This document shows positions 36,749 to 45,536 of a DNA stretch of 53,667 nucleotides, in pieces. Position numbers and translations under genes: made by a program. The stretch's first letter is position 1, and the number at the start of each line of letters is the position of its first letter. Under the pieces are notes generated by a model. It saw only the letters and a program-made list of their open reading frames with translations. It ran no database searches and was not told where the DNA came from. Source of the DNA: Ignavibacteria bacterium GWC2_36_12 (lineage in GTDB: Bacteria > Bacteroidota > Ignavibacteria > Ignavibacteriales > Ignavibacteriaceae); NCBI GenBank assembly GCA_001802795.1, contig MGZZ01000089.1, positions 1 through 53,667 on the forward strand. Reading direction: 5' to 3'.

Positions 36749-37132
36749 TTAAAGAGAGCCGTTTTTGTAAACAATTGCAACACAGGCAACATAGTCCCTT
36801 GAATGGCTCATAGAAATTTTGAGGTCTTTGTCTTTTGAAAGAAATTTTTCAAGGTTTCCTTTGAATTTAACCTCGGGCATTCCGTTAGGAGCGTTTATTA
36901 TTTCCATATCCTGCCAGCTTAATTCACTGTTCCAGTTAGATGATATGGCTTTATATATAGCCTCTTTAGCTGCAAACCTTGCTGCGAGATGCTGGTATTT
37001 ATTTTTTTTTGAAAGACAGTATTTAATTTCATTTGCTGTATAGACTTTATGCAGGAACTGATCACCGTAATCGTCTATGCTTTCTTTTATCCTGTCAATC
37101 TCGATAATATCTATCCCGATTCCGATTACCAT
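36749..37132 (-). CDS. acpS: holo-[acyl-carrier-protein] synthase
   Basis: 127 aa. Motifs GIGIDIIEIDRI, RFAAKEAIYKA, ISMSHSRDYVACVAIV. Confidence 0.9.
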   Translation of the reverse strand: MVIGIGIDIIEIDRIKESIDDYGDQFLHKVYTANEIKYCLSKKNKYQHLAARFAAKEAIYKAISSNWNSELSWQDMEIINAPNGMPEVKFKGNLEKFLSKDKDLKISMSHSRDYVACVAIVYKNGSL

Positions 37133-37245
37133 TTAAATTCTCAGTTTTAATTAAAGATTAAAATAACAGAATAAAAATAAAAAAACTTACCCTAAGTTTT
37201 GTCGGGAAGGGATTGTGAAGCAAGAGATATTCATTTAATCATTTA

Positions 37246-37278
37246 AAGTGAGGCTCACCTTTGAGGTGAACCTCACTT
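37246..37278 (-). terminator. hairpin downstream of the BNR-repeat gene
   Basis: AAGTGAGGCTCACC / TTTGA / GGTGAACCTCACTT (13 of 14 pairs). Begins 9 nt past the stop at 37287. A moderately U-rich tract follows on the minus strand. Confidence 0.55.
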
Positions 37279-37286
37279 CCTTAATT

Positions 37287-39446
37287 TTATTTAATTAATA
37301 TCATTTGTTTGGATTGACTAAAAAGAATCCGATTGTTTTGGAATGCAGTTATCCTGTAAATATAAACTCCGCTGCTTAGGCTGGATGCATCAAATGTTAT
37401 TTCATAAATACCGGCTGGTTTTTGTTCATTGATCAAGGTTGTTACTTCTCTACCGAGAATGTCAAACACTTTTAACATTACGAAAGACGGATTGGTTATT
37501 TCATATTTAATTTTAGTTGATGGATTAAACGGATTCGGGTAGTTTTGGTATAATACAAAGTCTTCGGGAATGATATATTTTTCATCTTCTACATCAGTGA
37601 TCATTTCTATTTCATATAACCCCTGTCTTGTAGTTCCAAAAAAGAATTTGCCTGTATTATCTTTTTTTATTTCAGTGATACGGTTTCGATCCATAATCGG
37701 TTGCGGATAACCCGACCAGGATTCCCCATAATTAGATGAGATATAAACACTATCTGCACCTCCAATTACTAACCCCTTTTTATCTGCATATATACTAATA
37801 AGATTTTCTCTAAATAATGTTTGTTCCCAGGTTTTGCCATCATCTGTAGAACGTATTATTCCTTCTAATCTGGTAGGATCAGCCAAAAATACATAGTTAT
37901 CAATTGCGAATATGTTATTGTTTGATTTGGGAGTAGAAAAACCTGTAAATATTGAATCAATTATCTCTCCAAAATTTGACAGCTTGAAAAGATTGTTATG
38001 TGGAAAGACTGCACCAAGACCAAGTACCCAAAGATCCTGGTTATTTAAACACATTGAATTACAAAATAAAAAGGTTGTAACAGGCAGAATATCCCAATGT
38101 AATCCTCCGTCAAAAGAGCGTCTTAAATTTCCTTCTATTGCAGCAAAAACTGTATCATCATTTACTGCAAGCACATTATAAAGTATAAATGACGTGTCCT
38201 TGGCAATATTTATATATGACCAACTCTGTCCTAAATCTGTTGACTTATATAAACCGGCAAAACTTGTAGTTGAAAACGGCGCCGGAGCTGCAGCTGCATA
38301 AATATTACCCCCCGGAGTGATTGTTACTGCGTTAACATTCTGCAATCCCTTGTTTGTCCACTGTTTTGTTATGCGGTTATATTCCTGAACCCCTGAAGGC
38401 GTTGCAGCAAATATCAGACTGTCTCCACTGAACACAAAGTTGCTTACTTTAGAAATCGGCAGTCCTACCTGCTCGAAAAAATTGCTGTTATGTTTTAGTC
38501 TGTAGACACCTTCATTTTCAGAACCTGTGAAAATATCGTCCTGTTCATTAATTTTTAATCTGAACACCTGCTCATTGTAAATTCCTTCTGTATAATGATA
38601 CCAGTTCTCTCCCATATCTGTTGTCATATACAATCCATCTTCTTTTGTACCTGCATAAAGATTTCCCTCAGAATCAAATGCCAGCGATAAAATAACTTTC
38701 CCTTCTAATCCCAACTGTCTCCAGTTTACTCCTCCGTCTGTTGAATACCATACTCCATCTCCATTATCATAGTAACCTGTTCCGCAATAGATATTATTAT
38801 CTTTGTCAATCAGAATTGCAGCAACTGCTTTATCCGATAGAAATATATTTTGTGCCCACTTATCTCCATTATCAGAAGTTGCAAATAAACCCCAATGTGT
38901 CCCTGCATAAACAATGTTATTCGAGTCTGTTGCAAATACAAGCGGCGGAAGATTTTCAGATAATTCCCAGTTTTCTCCATAATCTGTTGAACGGTATAAT
39001 TCATCATACTCACCATCTCCGGCAAACAATACCCCATCGTTACTCTGCCCGAATGCCCAGCATTCGCCTCCATTATATCCATTTCTTTTATTCTCCCAGG
39101 TTTCTCCGTTATCTTTTGAAAGATAAATTCTTCCCTGGTAGTTTGTTCCTGCCCATATATGGTCTTCTTCAGTTATGTAAATAGAATATACTTCAAAATC
39201 CTCAAACTGAGTTTCTATTTTATTCCAGGTATCCCCATCATCTGTAGATTTGTATAGACCTGCATAGTAATCAAATATGTTTGGATACACTCCCGCATAA
39301 ATCTCTCCCTTAGAATTTATAGCAATATCACCAATAATGCCTCCCATTGGGCCACCAGTGTGTTTCCAAACCAACTGCTGGGCGGCAGATGTAGTAATAA
39401 ATAAAATGAACAACATCGCTATCAATGCCAATTCATATTTTTTCAT
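37287..39446 (-). CDS. BNR/Asp-box repeat (sialidase/sortilin-like beta-propeller) protein with T9SS C-terminal sorting domain
   Basis: 719 aa with a signal peptide. About ten S-x-D-x-G-x-x-W Asp-boxes are present (STDDGDTW, SKDNGETW, STDYGENW, STDGGVNW, STDLGQSW, STDDGKTW and others). C-terminus is YQNYPNPFNPSTKIKY...SSGVYIYRI...KQMILIK. Confidence 0.8.
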   Translation of the reverse strand: MKKYELALIAMLFILFITTSAAQQLVWKHTGGPMGGIIGDIAINSKGEIYAGVYPNIFDYYAGLYKSTDDGDTWNKIETQFEDFEVYSIYITEEDHIWAGTNYQGRIYLSKDNGETWENKRNGYNGGECWAFGQSNDGVLFAGDGEYDELYRSTDYGENWELSENLPPLVFATDSNNIVYAGTHWGLFATSDNGDKWAQNIFLSDKAVAAILIDKDNNIYCGTGYYDNGDGVWYSTDGGVNWRQLGLEGKVILSLAFDSEGNLYAGTKEDGLYMTTDMGENWYHYTEGIYNEQVFRLKINEQDDIFTGSENEGVYRLKHNSNFFEQVGLPISKVSNFVFSGDSLIFAATPSGVQEYNRITKQWTNKGLQNVNAVTITPGGNIYAAAAPAPFSTTSFAGLYKSTDLGQSWSYINIAKDTSFILYNVLAVNDDTVFAAIEGNLRRSFDGGLHWDILPVTTFLFCNSMCLNNQDLWVLGLGAVFPHNNLFKLSNFGEIIDSIFTGFSTPKSNNNIFAIDNYVFLADPTRLEGIIRSTDDGKTWEQTLFRENLISIYADKKGLVIGGADSVYISSNYGESWSGYPQPIMDRNRITEIKKDNTGKFFFGTTRQGLYEIEMITDVEDEKYIIPEDFVLYQNYPNPFNPSTKIKYEITNPSFVMLKVFDILGREVTTLINEQKPAGIYEITFDASSLSSGVYIYRITAFQNNRILFSQSKQMILIK

Positions 39447-39477
39447 CTCTTAATGCCTCCATTTGAGCTTTACAAGT

Positions 39478-39518
39478 TATTATAACAGACCTCGCCTTAG
39501 TGAGGTCTGTTATAATAT
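39478..39518. repeat. 16-bp perfect inverted repeat (hairpin; possible terminator)
   Basis: TATTATAACAGACCTC (39478-39493) pairs perfectly with GAGGTCTGTTATAATA (39503-39518), with a 9-nt loop. It lies between the CTD remnant and the start of the BNR gene. No clear U-tract on the minus strand. Confidence 0.6.
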
Positions 39519-39547
39519 ATTTATTCCTGATTAAATATTATATGACA

Positions 39548-39772
39548 TTATTTTGCAAAAAGCATTTTTTTGCTAATAGAATGACTATTTGTACGCAAAA
39601 TATAAAAGTATATACCGCTTGATAATTTCGATGCGTCGAATGAGACAGAATAAACTCCCTCTCCTTTCATTTCGCTTACCAGTTCAGCAACTTTATTGCC
39701 TAATACATCGTAAACATTTAAAGATACAAATGAATTTTCAGCAATGGTATAGCTTATTTTCCCAATTTTTTT
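39548..39772 (-). pseudogene. orphan T9SS C-terminal sorting domain remnant
   Basis: The reverse strand translates to KKIGKISYTIAENSFVSLNVYDVLGNKVAELVSEMKGEGVYSVSFDASKLSSGIYFYILRTNSHSISKKMLFAK*. This matches the T9SS CTD consensus (..VYD.LG..V..L......G.Y...FDAS.LSSG.YFY.L......KKM.L.K) but lacks the NYPNPFNP start, any cargo domain and any start codon. Confidence 0.65.
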
Positions 39773-40681
39773 CTAAAAAATATCTGCATCAACTTTTAAC
39801 CCGTCATCCTTTAGCTGCTCTATCATGATTTTTGTAAGCTCGTTCAGTTGCTTTAAAGATTGAGAAAGGTCATCATAAATTTTTTCATCGTAAATAATTT
39901 TCCCCAGGTTATTCTGCCGGTTTTTAAGTTCATCAGTAAATATATTCAGCTTGGCAAGCAGGCTGTCAGTATTGCTGAGTACTGACTGAAGCCCTTTTAC
40001 AGAAGTGTTTAAGCTTTCTTTATTCTCATTTATAAATTTCTTTGTTTCCTCGGTTAACTCAGCAGTATTTGCTGTCAGTTTCTTAAGATTATCCCTGTTT
40101 TCATCAATAAGGATATTCAGCTTTCTAGTTACTTCGCTCAGGTTAGACATAGATGATTTTATATCATCATTAAGCTTTTTATCACCAAGATAATTATTTA
40201 ACGATGTTAATGTTATTTTAAGATCGGATATGGTAGAGGAAATATCCTCCTGGAATGTTCCGACCATCGACATTACGTAAGGAATATCCGCATAAAAAGT
40301 TCCGGCTTGTACCTGGCTATAATCCAAAAGCTTACCCGATGAGCCGGGACTTATCTCTACCTTTTTCCCTCCCATTAAATCGAGCATTGACACTGCAAAA
40401 CCCGCATCTTCTTTTAGCACAACTTTATTATCAATCTTTAAAGTAACAACTACATTCTCACCTTCTATTGCCAGATCTTCAACAAAACCTTTACGGACCC
40501 CGTTCACAGTTACGGCATCTCCAATTTCAAGTCCTGCAGTATTAGAGAATTGCACTTTAACCGTATTTTCTGTAGGAGTTATGCTGAAATTCTTAGCCCA
40601 TCCTAAAATCCAGAGAAGAATAATTACTCCCAATAAAACAGTAATTCCGACTCTTATTTCAGTCTTTTTTTGATCTTTCAT
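39773..40681 (-). CDS. MlaD/MCE-family protein
   Basis: 302 aa. N-terminal TM anchor, an MCE domain (VQFSNTAGLEIGDAVTVNGVRKGFVEDL...), and a long C-terminal coiled-coil region. Ends with TAG. Confidence 0.8.
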   Translation of the reverse strand: MKDQKKTEIRVGITVLLGVIILLWILGWAKNFSITPTENTVKVQFSNTAGLEIGDAVTVNGVRKGFVEDLAIEGENVVVTLKIDNKVVLKEDAGFAVSMLDLMGGKKVEISPGSSGKLLDYSQVQAGTFYADIPYVMSMVGTFQEDISSTISDLKITLTSLNNYLGDKKLNDDIKSSMSNLSEVTRKLNILIDENRDNLKKLTANTAELTEETKKFINENKESLNTSVKGLQSVLSNTDSLLAKLNIFTDELKNRQNNLGKIIYDEKIYDDLSQSLKQLNELTKIMIEQLKDDGLKVDADIF

Positions 40682-41042
40682 AATCTTTCAGGTTTATTAA
40701 TTCTTTAATTCTGTTCAGGTTATTTTGAGTTATCAGAGTATCTGTTACAATCACCTTGATAGAATCGATTATCCAATTCAAATCACCGGTGTTTATTTCT
40801 TTGGTTTTCGAAATTTTATCTTTAAGATATTCCTTTAACAAAAATCTCAGAGAATCTTTTTCGGGAGTTTCTCTTATATAATTTAATTCATCATCAATCC
40901 CACCAACAATAAGATCGCTGATTAATTTTTTACCGGGATTAATAACAACATCGTCAAGATGATTCTGCAAAATATAAAGTATTGCTGCAATAATTATAGT
41001 AAGAACTATTATTATTTTTATGAAGCAACCCTTTTTCATCAC
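40659..41042 (-). CDS. hypothetical membrane-anchored protein
   Basis: 127 aa with a single N-terminal TM helix (FIKIIIVLTIIIAAILYIL). Overlaps both neighbours (4 nt and 23 nt), suggesting co-translation in the operon. No recognisable domain. Confidence 0.5.
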   Translation of the reverse strand: MMKKGCFIKIIIVLTIIIAAILYILQNHLDDVVINPGKKLISDLIVGGIDDELNYIRETPEKDSLRFLLKEYLKDKISKTKEINTGDLNWIIDSIKVIVTDTLITQNNLNRIKELINLKDYERSKKD

Positions 41043-42319
41043 TCGGCACTTACTTTTTCTATAAGGACTTTATTAATCCTTTTCTTTGAAACTTCTTTAA
41101 CCGTAAACTTAAAGTTTTCCAGGTTAAAATTATAACCTTCTTTCGGGATATGCCCGGCATTATTCAGTACCAGACCCGCAAGAGTTTCGAAATCATCATC
41201 CTCCTGCGATATGTTCGTATTAAGCAACTCATTCAGTTCATCAATCGGGATTTTACCCATCACTATAAACTTATTATCATCAATTTTTGAAACCGGGTTT
41301 TCCTCTTTATCGTATTCATCCCTGATTTCACCTACAATTTCCTCGATAATGTCTTCCAAAGTTATAAGCCCGGCGGTGCCTCCGTATTCATCAACAACAA
41401 TTGCAATGTGCATTTTCTTATCCTGAAACTCATACATCAAATCATTTATTACTTTGGTTTTAGGAATAAACATAGCTTTGCGGACAATTTTCATAATATC
41501 AAATTCGGAGAGGTCTTTTCTTTTTATGTATGTAAGAACATCCTTCGCATAAACAATTCCGATTATATCATCAAGATTATCTTTGTAAAGAGGAATTCTA
41601 CTGTGTCCTGAGTGTTTAATTAAATCGACAAGTTCTGTAAAAGTTATGTCAGTAGGAACAACAGTCATATCGACGCGTGGGGTCATAACTTCATGAACCG
41701 TTACAGATTTGATACTGACAATACTTTGTATTATTCCGTGTTCCTCCTCCTCTAAAGTTCCAATTTCATGTCCTAAATCTGCAAGTTCGGTTATTTCTTC
41801 AGTGGAGATAGCAGCCTTACCCTTGTCAAATTTCATTTTAGAAACTATTACCCTGATCAACTCGGTAAGAGCCTCTGAAACGGGATAAATAATCACGCTA
41901 AACCAATAAAGAGGAATTGAAGCAAGCTTTGAAAAAGTCAGAGGATTTTTAGATGCCCATACTTTAGGTGTTAATTCTGAAAAAAGAATTATCAGGATTG
42001 TTAAAATTATTATTTGAAGACTGAGAACTAATCCTTCCGAAAGATTAGTGTTATTGTGTATATCGAGAGCAAGTGAAACGGCTACAATTGATGCTGATAC
42101 ATTGACTACTGTATTCCCTACGAGTATAGTTACAAGCAATCTCCGTGGATGGTCTACAAGATTTAATAAATATCTTCCTACGAGCGGGCTCGAGTCTAAA
42201 TTATTTTTAAGTTTTCTTTTGTCAAGTGAAAACAAAGCAACTTCACATCCTGAAAAAAAAGCGGAGAGAAACAAAAAGACAAAAAGAATTATAATTCTAA
42301 AGGACCAGTCAATATCCAA
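41039..42319 (-). CDS. CNNM/HlyC-CorC family membrane protein (DUF21 + CBS pair + CorC_HlyC), GldE-like
   Basis: 426 aa. Four TM helices (DUF21), a CBS pair (VHEVMTPRVDM...IPLYKDNLDDIIGIVYAKD), the segment AIVVDEYGGTAGLITLEDIIEEIVGEI, and a C-terminal transporter-associated domain. Confidence 0.85.
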   Translation of the reverse strand: MDIDWSFRIIILFVFLFLSAFFSGCEVALFSLDKRKLKNNLDSSPLVGRYLLNLVDHPRRLLVTILVGNTVVNVSASIVAVSLALDIHNNTNLSEGLVLSLQIIILTILIILFSELTPKVWASKNPLTFSKLASIPLYWFSVIIYPVSEALTELIRVIVSKMKFDKGKAAISTEEITELADLGHEIGTLEEEEHGIIQSIVSIKSVTVHEVMTPRVDMTVVPTDITFTELVDLIKHSGHSRIPLYKDNLDDIIGIVYAKDVLTYIKRKDLSEFDIMKIVRKAMFIPKTKVINDLMYEFQDKKMHIAIVVDEYGGTAGLITLEDIIEEIVGEIRDEYDKEENPVSKIDDNKFIVMGKIPIDELNELLNTNISQEDDDFETLAGLVLNNAGHIPKEGYNFNLENFKFTVKEVSKKRINKVLIEKVSAE

Positions 42320-42352
42320 GTAATAATTAGTCCAGGCTGTTAAACATTCTAT

Positions 42353-42760
42353 TTAAAAAGGAAGATCGTCATTGTCTTCAATATTCACGTCGGTACTCTG
42401 AGTCTGCTCTTCAGCTTCCTGCGAAACTCCGGAAGCATCAAGAGGAATCAAACGTTCGGAAACTACTTCAGTAGAATACCGTTTAACGCCTTCTTTATCT
42501 GTGTAATCACGTTTTGATATTCTGCCTTCAACATAAAACTTTCTTCCCTTTTTCAGGTTTTCTTTCATATAATCCGACAGGTTGAATGAGACGATATTAT
42601 GCCAGGTAGTTTCATTAACCCAGTTTCCGTCTTTTCCTTTATAACTGTTGCTTGTTGCAATAGTAAAATTAGTAACTGACAAATTATTTGTTGTAAACCT
42701 TGTTTCTGCGTCTTTGCCCAGGTTTCCAATAAGCATAACTTTATTTAACGAAAAAGCCAT
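42353..42760 (-). CDS. ssb: single-stranded DNA-binding protein
   Basis: 135 aa. OB fold (NKVMLIGNLGKDAE...TTWHNIV) and the acidic tail ending DDLPF. Confidence 0.95.
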   Translation of the reverse strand: MAFSLNKVMLIGNLGKDAETRFTTNNLSVTNFTIATSNSYKGKDGNWVNETTWHNIVSFNLSDYMKENLKKGRKFYVEGRISKRDYTDKEGVKRYSTEVVSERLIPLDASGVSQEAEEQTQSTDVNIEDNDDLPF

Positions 42761-43074
42761 TATATCCTCCCATCTTTTTAAAAGGTTTAGATTGTTTTTA
42801 ATTTAAGAATTAAGAATAAGAAAATCTATTTTCGAAGATAATATGTTTCCTCGATTTATAATTAACAATTACTTTAGGTTGTAAAAATTACCTCCGATAC
42901 TTACCGCAAATAGACTACATTCTTCAATTAAGACATTCAAAGATCAAAAGTAATCAAAAATCTTATACAAAATCATCTTCTGGCAAAACAAATTTTCATA
43001 AAAACAATTCTTTTCGTTGCACGAATTTTGAACAAATTAAGCATATAATAATAATTCGCTGGAGTTAATTAGTA

Positions 43075-43584
43075 ATGAATACGGGTCAATCGCTTTTAAC
43101 AATAGGAGCTATGTTGATCTTATCTGTAACTGTTCTGAGAGTAAACAATAATATATTGAGCACTAATTCAATTCTTATGGATTCAAAATTTGGTGTTTTG
43201 GCAGTTTCTCTTGGTACCTCGATTGTAGAAGAAGCTAATAAAAAAGCTTTTGATTTGGCTGGAAGTGAAGATGCTATTGCAAGTGTTGATTTGCTTACAG
43301 CACCGGGAAGCTTGGGACCTGCATTTGGTGAATTTTATCCGGATTTTAATGACTTTGATGACTTTAATGGATTCCAAGATACAATTACCAATTTACCCTC
43401 AGCCGAATTCAGAATAAGTTGTAAAGTATATTATATCGAACCGAATAATCCAGATGTTAAAGTAAACTATAGAACGTGGCATAAAAAAATAGATGTTGCA
43501 ATTACCAGCCCTAATATTGGTAGTAACGAGAGACGTGATACGGTAAAATTGTCTTCGGTATTCAGTTATTGGTACTTCAGATAA
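43075..43584 (+). CDS. pilin-like protein with degenerate prepilin N-terminus (minor pseudopilin candidate)
   Basis: 169 aa with GGAG 10 nt upstream. The N-terminus MNT-G-QSLLTIGAMLILSV follows the class III signal pattern G-F-[ST]-L-[LI]-E, but with Q at +1 and T at +5. It continues into a short beta-rich body with a DFNDFDDFNG motif. Confidence 0.45.
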   Translation: MNTGQSLLTIGAMLILSVTVLRVNNNILSTNSILMDSKFGVLAVSLGTSIVEEANKKAFDLAGSEDAIASVDLLTAPGSLGPAFGEFYPDFNDFDDFNGFQDTITNLPSAEFRISCKVYYIEPNNPDVKVNYRTWHKKIDVAITSPNIGSNERRDTVKLSSVFSYWYFR

Positions 43585-43598
43585 ACAAAAGGTGAAAA

Positions 43599-44246
43599 AT
43601 GGGATTTAGTGTTTTGTTAGATATTGTAGGCTCAATAATTATTGGTGGTGTCTTACTAAACATCCTTTGGAGAGTTAATGAAGCTACCGTTGCAAATACA
43701 TATGAAAACAGCGGAGAATTATCCTTACAACAAAATTTATCAACTGTTGCGATGATAATTGAAAATGATTTTAGAAAGATTGGTTATTGTTCAAATTGGA
43801 CTAAAATCCCTGACCCTGCAAAATCAATTATCCTTGCAGATAGTACAAAAATAAAATTTTTAACAGATGTTCAGTCAGATGGTGTAGTTGATACTATGTA
43901 TTATTATTTAGGACCAGCAAGTGAATTGACTGTAACACAAAATCCACGTGATAGAGTTTTGTATAGAGTTATAAATAGTCAAACCCCTGTAGCTTCCAAT
44001 CTTGGTGTAACTCAATTTAGTATAATTTATTTTAATTCCGGAGGGGATACAATTCTTTTCCCAATAACACAGCCTGGTGAAGTTTCTACAATGGAAATAA
44101 ATGTTACGGTTGAAAATACTTTCAGAAGCATGGCTGATGAAGGAGATGTAGGATATAAAGGAAATTATAGTGGAGCTGATGAAGAATACCTGTATGCATT
44201 TTGGCGTCAGATTAGATTGGTTGCAAGAAATTTAAAAAACAGATAA
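43599..44246 (+). CDS. PilW/GspJ-like pseudopilin candidate
   Basis: 215 aa. The N-terminus M-G-FSVLLDIVGSIIIGGVLL resembles GFTLIELLVAMAIGG, but the leader is only Met and the acidic residue sits at +6. The body pattern (QQNLSTVAMIIENDFRKIGY...IKFLTDVQSDG...MYYYL...LYRV...VTQFSIIYFNSGGD) resembles PilW/PulJ-type minor pilins. Confidence 0.5.
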   Translation: MGFSVLLDIVGSIIIGGVLLNILWRVNEATVANTYENSGELSLQQNLSTVAMIIENDFRKIGYCSNWTKIPDPAKSIILADSTKIKFLTDVQSDGVVDTMYYYLGPASELTVTQNPRDRVLYRVINSQTPVASNLGVTQFSIIYFNSGGDTILFPITQPGEVSTMEINVTVENTFRSMADEGDVGYKGNYSGADEEYLYAFWRQIRLVARNLKNR

Positions 44247-44258
44247 GGAGAATTTACA

Positions 44259-45479
44259 ATGGGTGGAAAAGCTGCTTTATTTTTAGTTATGGGTTTTAGT
44301 TTGTTGTTTATGGTGGTGGCGCAAAACTTTGGTAATATCTCTACGCGTGCAGTAGATAATATGGTTGATTACCACGATCAAACTGTAGTACATAACATTG
44401 CGGTTAGTGCGGCTAATATGGCTGCCCACAAGATATATCTTGATAACAGCTGGGTTACGGGTTTTCCTGAAACTAATTTCATGGGTGGAACTTTTGAGGT
44501 TTCAGTTGATATCATAAATGTTGTTCAGAATATAAGAAGAATAACTGCAACCGGAACATATAGAGATATTACAAACCAGGTAGTGGTTACTCTTTCTCCC
44601 AGCAGATTTTCTAAGTTTGCTTATTATTCTGAAAATGAAGAGGGAATTTGGTGGACTAGTAATGACACTGTTTGGGGACCTTTTCATACACAGGATCATT
44701 TTAGAGTTTCTCGTCATCCTACTTTTTATGGTAAGGCTACAACCAAAAAAAATCTGATCTATCAAAATGGTAAAAAGAATGATTATCCAAATTTCTTTGG
44801 TGGATTTGAAAAAGGTGTAAATCTTCCATTACTAACAGATGCTTTAACACCTTTAGAAGCCTTAGCAGACGATGATGGTTACAAATTTACAGGTGAGGAT
44901 ACTGTATATTTAACTTTTGATGAAGATAGTATTAAAATCAGGTATGAATGGAATAAACTTGATACAACAGTTCTTACATCTAGCTTAGCGCCTAATGGAG
45001 TTATTTTTGCAAAAAATTCTGTGGTTAGATTAAAGGGGAATGTAAAAGGTCAGTATACTATTGGAGTATCTGCATCAACAAGTGGTCAGGGAAAAGTCTA
45101 TCTCGATGATAACATTGTTTATAATAAAGACCCCCGAACTTATCCAAATTCTTCAGACTTACTTGGAATAGTAGCTAAGAATCATATTTTAATAACTCAA
45201 AACGCTGCAAACAATGACGATATAACTATCCATGCATCAATTTATTCAGAGTCATATGGATTTGGAGCACAGAATTATGATACAAGACCTGTTAGTGGGG
45301 ACATCAATTTATTGGGAGGTATTATTCAGAAGAACAGACAAGCCGTAGGTACTTTTAGCGGCACTACTATAACACATGGTTTTACTAAGCAATATAAATA
45401 TGATGATAGGTTAATGATGATCTATCCTCCGGGCTTCCCGGGAACAGAAAGATTTGAAATTGTTTCCTGGTTAGAATAA
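44259..45479 (+). CDS. PilX_N-like large pilus-associated protein candidate
   Basis: 406 aa. The N-terminus MGGKAALFLVMGFSLLFMVVAQ resembles the PilX N-terminal domain (G-[SA]-AL-hydrophobic run). The large beta-rich C-terminal part ends in LLGGIIQKNRQAVGTF...YKYDDRL...PPGFPG. A strong terminator follows. Confidence 0.45.
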   Translation: MGGKAALFLVMGFSLLFMVVAQNFGNISTRAVDNMVDYHDQTVVHNIAVSAANMAAHKIYLDNSWVTGFPETNFMGGTFEVSVDIINVVQNIRRITATGTYRDITNQVVVTLSPSRFSKFAYYSENEEGIWWTSNDTVWGPFHTQDHFRVSRHPTFYGKATTKKNLIYQNGKKNDYPNFFGGFEKGVNLPLLTDALTPLEALADDDGYKFTGEDTVYLTFDEDSIKIRYEWNKLDTTVLTSSLAPNGVIFAKNSVVRLKGNVKGQYTIGVSASTSGQGKVYLDDNIVYNKDPRTYPNSSDLLGIVAKNHILITQNAANNDDITIHASIYSESYGFGAQNYDTRPVSGDINLLGGIIQKNRQAVGTFSGTTITHGFTKQYKYDDRLMMIYPPGFPGTERFEIVSWLE

Positions 45480-45500
45480 AAGTTACTGATATAAAATGTT

Positions 45501-45536
45501 AAAAGGGCTCTGAATTTTCAGAGCCTTTTTTATTTT
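45501..45536. terminator. bidirectional rho-independent terminator
   Basis: AAAAGGGCTCTGA / ATTT / TCAGAGCC followed by TTTTTTATTTTT. It lies between the convergent stops at 45479 (+) and 45530 (-), and the T-run overlaps the SPOR gene stop. Confidence 0.65.

Noticed and set aside
43017-43032. Sigma-54-like promoter TTGCACGAATTTTGAA about 43 nt upstream of the pilin-like operon.
   Set aside because: Spacing matches TGGCAC-N5-TTGC. However, both diagnostic dinucleotides are damaged (TG instead of GG at -24, GA instead of GC at -12). No enhancer-binding protein gene is nearby. This is too weak to call.
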